Source: Tetramitus jugosus (lineage: Eukaryota; Protista; Heterolobosea). Taken from it: a DNA stretch of 64,000 bases. The stretch is taken from NCBI GenBank assembly GCA_937625935.1, contig OW569345.1, positions 496,001 to 560,000 on the forward strand. Reading direction: 5' to 3'. Shown here in pieces: positions 10,032 to 23,900 of the stretch. How positions within the stretch are numbered: position 1 is the first letter of the stretch; the number at the start of each line of letters is the position of its first letter. The position numbers were made by a program, and so were the translations under genes. Under the pieces are notes generated by a model. The model had not been told where the DNA came from. It searched no databases and was given only the letters and a program-made list of their open reading frames with translations.

Positions 10032-11894
10032 ATGACATCCACTTTCCCTCAGGCCCTACAGGACAAGATTGACGCATGGTTGCAACAAGATCCATACGAG
10101 CCAACTCGCACCGAGATTCAACAACTGGTTGAAGCTAAGAATGAATCAGAGCTAAGCAAGCTTTTGATGCAAAGAATTGCGTTTGGTACAGCTGGTCTTA
10201 GAGCTAGAATGGCTGCTGGTTTTGCCTGCATGAATCCACTCATTGTCATTCAAACGACACAAGGCCTCGTCAAATACTTGGAACAAGTGTACGCCTCTGA
10301 AGATTTGTCATCAAAGAAGCAACAAGGAGTGGTTGTTGGTTATGACGGAAGACACAATAGCAAACTTTTTGCTCAGTTGATTGCCCTAGTGTTCCTCTCC
10401 TCTGGTTTCAAGGTTTATCTGTATGGACAGATTGTGGGTACCCCATTGGTGCCATACGCTGTCAGAAAGTTGCAAAACGTCGCTGGTATCATGGTTACTG
10501 CATCTCACAATCCAAAGCAAGACAACGGGTACAAACTCTATTGGAACAATGGTTGCCAAATTATTGAACCACACGATCAAGAAATTACAAGACACATTTC
10601 GCAAAATTTGGCTATCTGGGACAATGTGAAGCAACTGTTTGATCAATTCGTAGCTACCAAGGGCTCTCAAAATGAAGAACTAGCACATTATCTCTCCCAA
10701 AGTACTGTTGATCCTTTCAACAGCATGACTGCTCAATACTTTGAAGATGTGAAGCAATATTCGTTTGTGGAGAAGACTGCTGATTTGTACAAGAATGCTG
10801 AACCAATTGTTTTCACTGCTATGCATGGTGTTGGTGCCCCATTTGTGACTAAGAGTTTTGCGGCATTCCAATTGCCAGAGTACGTACCAGTGACTGAACA
10901 AAACACGCCTGATCCAGAGTTCCCAACTGTTCAGTATCCAAATCCTGAGGAAGGAAAGGGAGCCTTGGCTCTTGCTATTGCAACTGCAGACCGCGTTAAT
11001 TCCAGATTGATCCTCGCCAACGATCCTGATGCAGATCGTTTGGCTGTCGCTGAGAAACAAGAGAATGGAGAATGGAGAGTGTTCAATGGTAACGAAATTG
11101 CATTCTTGTTGGCTAGCTGGGTTTGGGAGGACTATAAGAAGAAGCACAGTTCTGGATATGATCAATGTGTAATGATCGCCAGTACTGTCTCGAGTAAGAT
11201 CCTCAAGGCAATGGCCAAGGCCGAAGGTTTCAAGTTTGAAGAAACCCTGACTGGATTCAAGTGGATTGGAAACAAGGCGGACGAGGTTCTCAAAGCAGGC
11301 AAAACATTCCTGTTTGGTTACGAAGTCGAAATTGGATTTTTGCCTGGTGATATTTCTTTGGACAAGGATGGTATCAGAACAGCTGCCGTCTTTGCTGAGA
11401 TGGCTCACTTCCTGTACAGAAAGGAAGCCAACTACTCATTAGGAAAGCATTTGACTAATTTGTATAACAAGTATGGCTGGTATTTAATGAGAACGAGGTA
11501 CTTCTTCAGCACACCACCAAAGGCGAACCAAATCTTTGGAGAAATCAGAGCAAATTATCCGACCGAAATCAACTACAAAGGAAAGACATATAAGATCAAG
11601 TCAATCCGAGATTTAACTGTTGGTTATGATAATGCTTTTGAAAACAACAAGCCTACTCTGCCTATCACCCCAGATTCCCAAATGATCACCTTCACTTTTG
11701 ATGAAGAATCATTGGGTGGATTCGGAACAGCCACACTCAGAAATTCCGGAACCGAACCGAAGCTCAAGTGGTACGTTGAAGTCAGTGACGCAGATAAGGA
11801 CAAAGCTTTGATTAAGCTTAACGAGCTCACTGAAGCTGTCATTCAAGTATTTATTCAACCTAGCAAGTACGAGCTGCAAGCTCCTTCAGATTAA
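10032..11894 (+). CDS. PGM2: phosphoglucomutase-2 / phosphopentomutase
   Basis: FGTAGLR, TASHNP (phospho-Ser), DPDADR metal loop, RNSGTEPKLK phosphate loop. Confidence 0.92.
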   Translation: MTSTFPQALQDKIDAWLQQDPYEPTRTEIQQLVEAKNESELSKLLMQRIAFGTAGLRARMAAGFACMNPLIVIQTTQGLVKYLEQVYASEDLSSKKQQGVVVGYDGRHNSKLFAQLIALVFLSSGFKVYLYGQIVGTPLVPYAVRKLQNVAGIMVTASHNPKQDNGYKLYWNNGCQIIEPHDQEITRHISQNLAIWDNVKQLFDQFVATKGSQNEELAHYLSQSTVDPFNSMTAQYFEDVKQYSFVEKTADLYKNAEPIVFTAMHGVGAPFVTKSFAAFQLPEYVPVTEQNTPDPEFPTVQYPNPEEGKGALALAIATADRVNSRLILANDPDADRLAVAEKQENGEWRVFNGNEIAFLLASWVWEDYKKKHSSGYDQCVMIASTVSSKILKAMAKAEGFKFEETLTGFKWIGNKADEVLKAGKTFLFGYEVEIGFLPGDISLDKDGIRTAAVFAEMAHFLYRKEANYSLGKHLTNLYNKYGWYLMRTRYFFSTPPKANQIFGEIRANYPTEINYKGKTYKIKSIRDLTVGYDNAFENNKPTLPITPDSQMITFTFDEESLGGFGTATLRNSGTEPKLKWYVEVSDADKDKALIKLNELTEAVIQVFIQPSKYELQAPSD

Positions 11895-11906
11895 TAAACT
11901 AATGGT

Positions 11907-14900
11907 TTATTGATTGACGAAAAATGCACAACCCGATAGAGTAAATTTTTGTTCGTCTTCCCTCGCATAACCACAGGGCACCACGAGCTGTGTTAACAAC
12001 CTTTCCCTCGTGGCTGAGAAGTAAACAGGGACCTGCATGTAGTACATAGATGCTTTGACTTTCATTTCTTTAAAAGTCGCATCTGATATCCAGGAAATTT
12101 CGCATAAAGGAAGGTTAATGAGAGGGGGATCATCTTCGCTGATTTGGTCTGTGAGTGTTACTCCATCAAACGAAGCTCCTTGCATCAACAAATTTTTCAA
12201 TAGTATGCTACACTCATGTTTGTAAGGTTGGTTCTTGGAATCTTTGACTGTCACGATCAGATGGTCGAGACTATCTAATGGTTGGTTAATTTTTCTGGCT
12301 GTCAATTGCTTGAAAGCGTTCAGGAAGATATTGGGGTTAAACAGGCCGCTTAATTCGATCTCTTGTTCCAGTAATGCATTTCTTGAGCTCTTCTCGTGCC
12401 ACTGGATGAGTGAAGAAGTTTTGTTGATCACCTCAGTCAACCACAGCTGAATTTGTGTTGAGGGTCCGTGTTCCCATCTCTCCTGCCATTTTTCTGGTAT
12501 TATCCCAGAAATCAGAGCTGTTGCGTCAGATTGGATTGTTCCAGATATCAGCGTGCTTCCTTTAATAGCTTCATCAATCGCTTTGATCCTTCGATCCAAA
12601 AACTTCACAAATACCCTTGCATTTTTTAGTTCGAGAGACACAAAAATGTGCAATGGATCTATCGTATGCTCATGAGACTTCTCTTGCTTTTCATTTTGTA
12701 AGAGTAGCTTCGAATCTGATATCTTCTGCCAAAAGATTATGATAGGATTTAGAACTGTTGCCCATTGTTCTTTGTTGAAGAAATTTGTGACTTCTGGTGA
12801 TAAAACTAATGCTTTGAGGGAGTCAACAATGCTATTACTCCTGGATATCTGAACAAGTTTGTCTGAGTTACTTGGTAATCCAAAAATCAAGGGATGATCC
12901 ACATCAGATAATGAGTGTATTTTCTTCATAAATTCTACATGAGTACTGGTCGAAGGTATCGCAAAACCTTTTGATAACTCTACAATGTTCGAACTTAACA
13001 AATTGTCATTAAAATACTTCAATAAATAAGCACGAAGCACCCTGTTATCAAAGTCGTTGTCTATTCTTCCTCCATAAATAGCGTTCTCAAGCAAACCATG
13101 TATTGTTGGCCAATCTGGAGTGGATCTATGACTACATGCGGCTTCTATCACATCGCTTGCTGATCGCAAATCAGCCATGGAAAATTCATAAAACTTACTC
13201 CATCCTTGAGGAATAAAACTTCGTCTCTCTTGTACAAGAGCATGGAACCAAGAGAGCGCGAAGAGAATTCGTAATCGGGATTTTGGATTAGCATTTGAAG
13301 TGTTATTCGGAGTGGTCGTGAGGCTTGAATCCCAAGAGTCGAACGTCCTCAACATGTTTTGTTTGATTCCGGGAGGTGATTCAAATGTGATCTTCAATGA
13401 CTGTTGTAAGAGGATAATAGGAAAGTTTTCATGCACTTCAGTGGTCAACCATAGACGGAAGTTTGGATGAGCGGATGGAATAAGCAATGACAACTCCTTC
13501 TCCAACACAGGAAGCCAGGAAACAACCAAGTGAAGATTTTTCAGACATAGCCATTGACCGGAGGAACAGCATCTACGTAGAGACATGAGCGCTTGATTAA
13601 TTTGACCCCCGCCCATTGCAATTTGCAAAAAGTTATCGGAGCCAATTGTTCTGCTGGCCATCTCTTCCAGCTCTTGGGAGGGATCAGTACCAGGAGTAGT
13701 GATCAACAAAATTGGTTCTTGATTGGAACTCAAGTCCTTGAATAGAGTTTCCAATTTCAAGGCAGGTGAGGAAATCGAAGCAACACCAAGTATTTTGCAA
13801 ACAAACTGAGTCATAGCACTATACAATTGTTCTGGTCGAAGTACCTTAATAACAAGGAGTTGTTGGAACGGACTGACCTTTTTACTGGAAGGGAATTCGG
13901 CATAAGCGTTATTAACTTGTAGCCATCTCTCCCAAGTTGCAGCGTCATTTGAGAAATCCAGTTGTTTTGCGAGGTCTGGTAGCTGCTCCAAAAGTAAATT
14001 AAAAACTGTTTTTGCTTCTGTTGGTACCCACTTTGGAGAAGTGCTTCCTGTGGATGCGGCTTTCACAACGGATCCTAAAAAGAAATTCCATTCTTCGTCA
14101 TTAAATAGCTCAGGTAATAGCCCATGAACTAAATGCATTGCAAAGGACAACCTATCTTCTTTAAATAATGATCGACTAAAATAATCGAAAGATGTTCTAT
14201 GCAGTTCTTCAGAAAGAAGGGCGATTCGGGCATTCAAATTAGCTGCTTTGTCCAATGTTGATATCAAAGATTGTTTAAATAAAGTCAAGAACACTGCCAA
14301 GCTAAACTGATACATGTGATTGACCTTGTTTAAGTCTTCGACAAGGAAATACAATCTGCTTCCGGTGTGAGCGAAAGGTCTGTATGCCTCTCGACTTTGA
14401 TCTAACTCCTGCTTCAACCTATTCGAGTCTACTAAGCTGTCCATAATAATTTGGGATCTCTTTTTGATTTCAGTGAGCTTGTTGATCAGTGTAACATTTT
14501 CGAGAATATCTCCCTTTGAATTTGCCAACTCGTTGAGCAATTGACGTTCAAGGTCAGCTAACTGAATTTTGTTCTCCTCCTCCTTCTTAAGTAATTCGGA
14601 TTTCTTTGTTTCAAGCTCTGGATTTTCACTTTGGATCGTGATTCCGAGAAGTTGACCCTCCAGACCAGATTTTGTGACAGTAAAATTCACACGGGTGACT
14701 AATGATTCAGAGTCTGGCGTCAGAACAATATCTGGATTTCTAGTAATTAAAAAGAGCTTAAAGTCATCGCTGTAATCAACAACCTTCTCTCCGATGCGAA
14801 CAGATTTACGAGTACCTTGAGTGGAGACTTCTTGGCGGAGCAGTGGATAAAGGACTGGATCGATAGTATCAACTTCCTTTATGAACAGAGTTTTACCAAA

Positions 14901-17900
14901 TCTAACAGCGAGTTCCAGGGTATGTCCAAACTTTGGATCTTGAGGGTTGGTTGTTTCTACTGACTTATCCATCATATTTGTGTGGAGCCATTCTGTTGCT
15001 TGTTGTGAAGGATCAATAATGAGAGGATATCGAACTGAATTTAAAATTGAAATAGCATTTTCCATTGATAAATCATCTCCAGGAAGACCCTCCGACTTGT
15101 ATCTCAACAATTCTGACTCAGTACTCATAAATGATTTCAAATCAAATTCCTGCTCGGTGCTATCTGATATTTTAACAAATGATAACCATTTGCGAGTGAA
15201 ATGTTTTCGCAGGTCTTCTGAGGTATGAGGGAGATATGTGATGAAGGCGGCGACCATTAGTACAAGTTTTGGAAGTGATTTGATTAATTTTGTTTCTTCG
15301 TCATTCTGCTTACTCCATCTATTTCTTTCTCCGCTTAGTTTCGAAAGTAAGTTTTGAGCTGCTCCAAGAGTATTCTCAGCTTTCTGAACACCAAGTTTGA
15401 TCATAGCTGCATCATCAGTCATTTTCTGGAATTCATTTTGAAGCTCTGTAATTCGAGTGTTAAGGTTCTCGAGTTTAGATTCACATTGTTGTAATTGTTG
15501 CTTATATTGCTCTTGCGACTCATTTAACTCATTCAATTCGGCCTCCATTGGTCCCACTTGTTTGAGAACAGTTGCATACTCAACATTGGCTAATACCCAC
15601 TTGGCGAGAGGGGCCGCAGCCACAGAGGATCTTCTTGCATTTTCCTCCTGGAAAGACGAGGCGGTTCGTTTCAAATACTCGGACACTTCATCGATATCCT
15701 TTGGAGATGCAGCTCTGGCATCAAAGGTAAGAATCTGAGATATTACACCTCTTCCACTTAAAAACTTTTTCATTCCCTTCCAAGAAGTATCTGTCTGACC
15801 CATTAATCTAAGAACACCCTCTAAAATATCACGAATTCCCGCAGGAGGCATCCCAAGGGCTTTAATTTCGTTCAGACTCTCCGGCTTCAACTTGCCGACA
15901 GCTTGTTGGGCACTTTCTAATATTGGTTGGACTGTTGATAATCTTTTCTGTATGGCTTGCCTCTTGTCATTCAATACAGACTCCTCTTCCGTGATCTTTT
16001 CTTGAATTTTCTGGATAATGGTTGTTTCTTTCACAGACTGTTCCATGCTAATCTGTATCTGCTTGAGTGCATCTTCCTTCTGAATCTGTTTTTCTGCCAA
16101 TAATTTCTTTTGTGAAACAGCCTCCTTGGATAATTTATCTACACTCTCTGCTGCTTCATTCAACTTTGCAAGCCCTTTCTGTAAATGCTGAAGCTGCTCC
16201 AATTTACTATCCTTTTTTCGATTGAAAACATGTTTGAAAGAGTCCACAAATCGGATAAAATCCAAAGGAGTAACTTTTGAGGATTCTTTCGAAATAGAAT
16301 CATGAATCATAAGCATACACCTCACAAGCTCCTTTTGCTCAGTATCTGCAAGGGTTTTCATAATTTCAGGCATGGAGAATGTTGGTATCCTCGCATATCC
16401 ATTTCTGCTGAAACTTTCATTCCATTGTATAGAGCACTTCGTATAAATTGCAGGATTTGATTGACAACGGGATAAAAACATAGTATTTGTTGGATCCATA
16501 ATCAGCACAATCCGCAAATTCTTCTTGACTCGAGCAACGAACATACTGTACAGCGAGTCAAAGTATTCAACTCCACTCTGCTCGCGTAATTGAGGTAGCA
16601 TTTGATCATACTCCTCTGGAGAGAATAGTCCAGAGACGTCCCCACTACTGAGTAAACTATTGAGGCTTTCTAGAATGCTCTCATCGGTCAGGTTAAAATC
16701 TTCAATTAGAAACACGACTGGTTTGTCTTGAATGCCAGCTAGTTGCATAATCTGTTTCAAATCATTTCTAAAGTTCTTCACACTGTAACCTAATGACATA
16801 TTAGGTGTGATCAAGTCGAAATTGAGAAGATGGCTAACTAATACTACTGCGTTCTTTCTTCCAGTCCCAGGTCTCCCAACTAACAACAAACTTCCAGAAG
16901 GTTGAGAAAGAACCCGATCAACCCTGGCTATAAACTCGGCATACTCCGATATCAAAAATATTCTTAACTTCCTATTATCCCTTTCATACGTTTTAATTCC
17001 TATCTGGATCACTGTCGCAAATTTCTTGATTGGAAAAGCTACCAGTGCTTTCTTTGCTGAAGTACCACCTTCAGAACTCTCCTTTTGGACTTTTAGTAAG
17101 GAACTAGCTGTGCTTGGAGTGATTCCTGACAAGCTTGTATAAATAAATGGTTCTGCTTTGGAATTAACAACATAACCAAATTGTTCAAAATGACGAAGCA
17201 TGGAAGCTTCGATAGAGTCATATTGCTCAAAATTATCGACCAATCTATCTCTAAATATCCTCCTAGCTTCATAAATAATAACATCCAACAATTCTGTTGG
17301 TGAATCTGTGCTCAACGAATATTGGTAGTTGAGTAATCCAATCATCCATGATGTTAAATCTCTCGGAGTGAATTGATAATGAGCTTGCTCATCGATTGTG
17401 AACTTCGATACTACTTTGTCATAAAAATCAACCATTGCTTGCGTTAGTAAATTGATATTTTGAGGCAGCTTCCATGTCGAGTGGTCACTGAAATCCTTGC
17501 TGAGCGTAGTCTTGAGTATTTCATTAAACACTATCTGGAGTTGATCTTTCTCCGAATAAGATACTGATACAAATCTTATGATCGATGTCAACCTCGGATT
17601 GATAGCATATCTTCCCAACGAGTTACCTGGATTCATACTAGCAACAATTTGAATTTTTTCTAACGATATCCATTCAAGTGACGAATCGTAATAACCCTTG
17701 TATGTAAGTAATTGCTGGATAAATGATATCAGTTGAGTTGTCCCGTACGTATCAGGCTTTGGAAGATTTAAATCCTTCAAGTATAAAATTAATCTCTCCC
17801 TGTCTTTTGGCCTCAGAACTTTACCAGAATTTGTGGTGAATACTCCACAGGTTTGGTTTAGCTTTTGGATAATATGAATCGCGCTCGTCTGAGAGTTGCA

Positions 17901-20900
17901 ATGCACTACAGCTATCTGTGTATTTTTCACCTGTTCAAACGCATTATGAAGTAACATATTCTTTCCACAACCTTCGGGACCGACAACCACAAAAGGTTCC
18001 ATACTTCTCAACCATGGATCAATAATTTTGAGCGATCTCTGAACATCAACCGTTTGAATCATCGGATGTCTGAACAAATCATCAAATGTTAAACCGTGTC
18101 CATCATGCAAAGAATCCAAGGAGTAAGATATGAAACATCCATTTTCTCTACTATAATATGAGTCAAGAGGCCGTCGAATATCAACAGGACTCTCGCCGCA
18201 CAGCTCAAATATTTCTCTCGCAAACTCAGAACGAACATGAAGCGGTAAAATGCTGCCCAAACCTCTGATCAGACCATCTGTAAATTCGCCTTTCCCATAA
18301 TCAGAGTAGTGGATCTTGTCCGTGGAGTTGTATAGATGGGAAAGAGCATTCAGCACTATTCCCATTGTTGTTGTGTCGACAACAAAGTCGTTCATATATG
18401 CAGGTGTCATAAGTATGTCAATTGCTCTGTAAAAGTATAGATCAATAAACTTGGATAATACTATCTGAATATCTGACGTTTGTTGCTTAGTCCAAGCTGC
18501 GACCAGACTCTTCACATCTACATCTTCTTCTGATAAAAAGATCATTCCCATACGACTCACGGTCGCAGGTGACGCATACTGAAGCGAATGGGTTTCAAAA
18601 ATAAAGTTGACATTTGATCCAAATTGAATTCTCTCTCCGTTCGGCATGGTCAACAAATGATTATCATCCAGAACAGAATTTAGGGATTCAATCCATTCGG
18701 GGTCAACATCACCGTCACACACAATCCAGGAGTGAGTATCAAAAGATTCTTTAACAATTTTTCGAGAATTTGCAGTAATAATTCCGTCTGACCACTCTCT
18801 CGTATCCTTATCCATGTGTCCCAAAAGTTGTTGTCTTGGCATTGCCTTGGGATTGACTATATATGTTTTTGTGACCTTTCCTAGCTTGTCGAGGGCTGCC
18901 TTGACAACTCTCCACACAGTGCCTTTCCCACTGCCTGAAGGACCAACCAAAACAACACCCATTCTACCCCGGACTGCCTCATAAAATTGTAACATTTTTT
19001 TCATTTGCGACTCAATAATGATCAGATTCATCTCGGTCAACGTTTCCTTGATTGCGGTTTCTAGGTCCAAGTAAGAAATGTCAGGAGCATCAACACCAGG
19101 GAATACATCTCTCACGATGCTATCAAATATCTTGCCATCATCGTACGTGAGCTTCGAAAGAGTGTTGACTCTTAGTGCCTTGATGATTATTTCAGTCTCC
19201 ATTTGTTTGGTCATCTTGGACGAGTTTTTCTTGGACAACTGGATCTGTCCACCACCAACACGCAAAACTGCTTTCAGAGCTCTCAGACCCCAATCGTAGT
19301 GCTGTTGTGGAGAGAGCAACTGTTTGGATAATGTGAATATCGCTACAAGTTTCTTGCCCAACTCCTTTGCAAACTGGAACCCTTCAGAATAGAGAATGAC
19401 TTCAGCGATCAAATCATTATCTGGAGCAGCCATGGCCACAGATCTAAACAACTGTTTTAAATTATCAGGAAGTTTGCTTCTTCCACCATATCCTTTGCCA
19501 GCAGGATTCAGAGTTACAAATATACCTGCATTTAAATCAACGACAACCTGCTTGCCCAAAATCTCGATCGGAGTCTGCCTCTTTTCCTTAATTGCAGCTT
19601 GGATGATTTGTATTTGTTGGGAAACAGCGGACAACTGATCTTCCTTAAGGCGATTAAACTCATCAAAACAGCCCCAAGCGCCACACTTCACTAACCCAAT
19701 AAAGATGCGCCCCATACTCTTAAAATCAATTCCCTCATCGCAATTAAAAACAAGCACTTGACGACCGAAAAGGTGTCCGAGTGCTTTCACTGACTCTGTT
19801 TTGCCAGTGCCTGCTGGTCCATAAGGATTTCCACCATATCCAAGATGCATACCTTGAGTGAGGGTCAAGTAACATTTGTCCGTCAATGGGGTATGCACTA
19901 GTTTCTGTACATTTCCTTGGTACTCATATGTGTAAGCGAATTGAGCATTACACATCCTTATCACACAAACAGACAAACCATTATTGACTGTTCCCTGCAT
20001 ATAAAATCGAAGTTGCTTTTGCCATAACCAATCATTGACGGTCACGTGAGTAACTGCACTATGCTCCAGTAAACTCTCAACCACATCAATGTTATGAATC
20101 AAGTCCAAAATAAGAGATTTAACTTTCAAATCTAATACTGTGTTGTCTCTTGTATCTATACTGGTAAATGCGTTCAGATTTTGTTTCATTTCCGAAAGTA
20201 ACTTATCTAAGGACCTGTTTGTCAAGGCATACTCACACTTTTTAGTAAATGAGATTGCAGCAGATAGACACAGTACTTGGGAAGGATAAGCACCAATAAG
20301 AAAATCTGAAGAGTTCTCACATTCAACTAATAGTAGTTGAAGTGTGGTTCTCATTTCTTTGTCTAAATCAAGAAGCCACTCCTCTACCTTCTCTGTAATT
20401 TTCACAGGATTTTTCAAGTGAACACATTCTCCTTCTGAGGAGTTCATTGTTAAGATTGCACTGTTCTTATTGTCGAAACCAACAGTATGAATACCCGCAA
20501 ATAATTTCTTGAGGTGCGCTTGGATGATATCAGGATTTTGGGACTGACCAAGAATCTCAAGTAAGTCATCGTCTCCAATAAAATAGAATCGAGGAAATAT
20601 GCTTCGTTTCTCTTCTAAGAATGCGTTTAAAGCTTTCTGACAGATCTCCAGTTGATCTAAAATCTTTTTCAAAATATCACTAATTTTTCTCTTCGCCAAT
20701 TGAATAACACGCCTATCGCTGTCGATATCAGACATTATTCCTTGGAACTCTTTGTCAACCCGACCAAACACCTGCTGATGAGAGGGCAGTGACCCTCTTT
20801 GGAAAATTGGTTCTAGATATATCCACTTTCTCTGGATTTGGTTCAAACTGTGGAGATAGGAATCCAAAGTAATCATTTGTTCTTCCCATGTTGATATCTC

Positions 20901-23900
20901 AACAGCAAATTCAGTAATGAATCTTGAATCCTTTAGAGATTGAAGCAAAGACTGATTGTCTCCTACTTGCGTTAAAACTTCTTTCCACTCTCTGATCAAG
21001 GAAACTCTCTTAGATTGCGTACTTTGACTACTAATTGTCGTCGTATAATCGTAGAGGTTGAACTCAGTGTTACTAGCCCAAATCTTTACCTCTTGTAACG
21101 CTTTCCGGATCTGATCTTCTCCCTGAGCCCTTTCGTTTAATTCCTTTATCTGAGCTAATTTTTGTAATACAACTGAGGATCTCTGAAGAATGTCACCAAA
21201 AGTGAGTGATTCGAGAGTGAGAGTTACAGGAAGACTAAGAATCCGGAATAAACTACTCCAATGCTCCGCGATCCAACCATCTCCTTGCAAAAATTTAATA
21301 ACGTCTCTGAACTCTGACAAACCATCTAATTCATCACGAATAAAAGCGGTTATTGAATTCTTAACCTCAGATTGCGTTAATCTCACATTCCAATTCGTTA
21401 AGAAATCGTCAAACTCAGCTACCGCAATCTTCTTGAACGTTAACCACTCACGACCCTCCATATTTTCAACATTGGCTCGATAATCTTCGTAAACACTCCA
21501 CATTGAGGAAAAGGATGAAATATCACCACTAACATCACTCAAGAATGCTTGAATAGGAAGTGGGACACTATTTTTTTCAGTTGCAATAACAGGGCTGACA
21601 CCAAAGTATTCGCATTCTCTTAGCATCTCATCTGTCCGGATAGTAAGAATCCTCAACTCTTCTTTGATATCCCTAATGAAAATCATATCCTTTTCGCTCT
21701 GATCTCTGTTCGAAAGATTCGTATTTTTTGGTTTGAATTCATGCCAACGAGCATTGAACTTCAATAATTCGTTCGTAAAAGCTTGTAATTTTAACTCTGT
21801 ATCTTTTCTCAGTGAACTCGTTCGATCCTTTAAGTATATCTCATGAGCACTCAATTTATCTCCAAAATCATTCCATTGTTGTCTCACAGAAGATGAATCA
21901 AGACTCACTCCTGCCACACTTCTTAAATTACGATTTAATCGATCAAACTTGTCGAATTCCAAAAAAATAATCCTCTTCTCCTGTGCCAATCTTCTGCAAT
22001 GTGAATGTGACTGTCCTATTTCGTCCATAGATTGCGGATCTTTGTGTAATACTTCAAGAGCACTTATGATAAAGTCAGATATCTTAGCAAGATGACTCTG
22101 CGTCTGCTCTTTTAAGATCTTGACCATTGATTGACCCAACCGTTGAAGTTGATCATCTAGAGATGCTTTAATCTGTAAAGTACTCACTGTAATGCAATCA
22201 ATTCGAATCAAATTTTCTATTCTCTCGACCTCTTTTCCTTTCTCCTTCAGCATCTTAAAGTTTGCCTCCCACTGGCTTTGATCGGTAACGTTCTCACGCA
22301 CTAAAGTCTCCATCTCCTCGTTGGATTCGCCAACAGCCATACCCAATTGTACATGCTCCAAGAATCTTTTCTTTAACCTGAATAGTCGCCCAAAAAGATT
22401 ATGTGCTTTGCTGTAGACAACCTTTAGACCATCGTAATTGCGGAAAATCATCTGCTTATACAGTAACTTATGATTCTTTCCCAAACCACCAAAGCTCTCT
22501 GGGAACGAGATGAACTCCTTCATTTTTTCAAAGTAAATCTCCTTAATTTTCTCGAATGATGGATTAAATTGGATTTTCTTTTCTTTAAAAACCAAGTCCA
22601 CACGAATCTCTTGTAAATTTTCATTTAGAGTTTCTAAACACATTTGATATTGATGTTCAAGCGCTTTATATATTTGAACATCCCAATGATCAATCCACTT
22701 ATCAGTTCTCTTGTAACTCACTTCAAAAAATTTAAAAATCTTGTCAATTTCCTTGATCTTCTCCATCCACATCTCTCGATCTGATAATAGACTGATAGTA
22801 AACAATTGGATAACTTTATCGTGTACCATTGCATGGTACTTACGAAGTTTCCTATTTTCACTCGTTACAATCTCTGATGCTACCTTCAATTGAGAAATAT
22901 ATCTTTCGCCATTGATCCGTGACCAAGCTTTTCGCTGTCTCTCAAATTCAAAAATAACTCGCTCGAAATTGCTAGCGGCATCCACCAGCATCTCACTTTG
23001 AGAAGGAATAACTTGTGTATGTGCATTATTGTAGAAGTTTGCAATCTGTTTCAAGATAACTGCTTGTGTGTAAAACTCCTCTGCCATCTTCGACATATTA
23101 ATTATTTTTCCAGGAACATCAAAACCCAGAGCGCTTAGTTGAGGGACTTCTTGCAAGATAGATACTAATTTCTCGTTATAATTTACGACCATTTTTTTGT
23201 TGGAATCCATACTGATCATATTTGTGTTTTCGAGCTGAAGTGTGCCCATCTTTGAAATATCTTGCATCCACTGGTTAAACTCACGTTGGCAATGATCATC
23301 TAGTTCCCTGAAGAAGCGATCCACCTCATCGATAAACGAAGAGACTTCGGTTAGGTCATGCAAAAAAGTATTACAAACCCACAAAATCTTTTCAATTCGA
23401 TCTTGGATTTGTTTGATACACAACAGCATACTCAAAAAACCAGATATGGTTCTACCTGATACAACGTCATAGAAGGTCGATGCTTTATCAGCGGCCAGAT
23501 CGTGATATTCATTCTGAAACATACCAAATTGTGTTCTCAATTGTCCTAACAGAATTGAGCGCTCCTGTGCCAGGTGATTAAATATATTATGTCTCAGTAT
23601 CAATTCTTTGTGTTGTTGGAAAATATGAACAAGCATCATCGGACGACTAGAAAAATTGCCCAATTTCTCTTTAAGTGTCCCAGCTATTTTCTTTTCTATT
23701 GGTATCATACTAGTCTCGAACTGCAATACAGCATTACCCCACAACTTTCCAGAGTGGGATGTTATATGTAGAGGGTGAATAGATGAAAAAGGTGCAAACA
23801 AGTTTTCTATTATCTTCTGTGACTCATCATTCCTATCGTCCTCTACAAATGTTGATTGTTGAGATAATGTTTGCACAACTTGTTCACAACTCGTTCTAAT

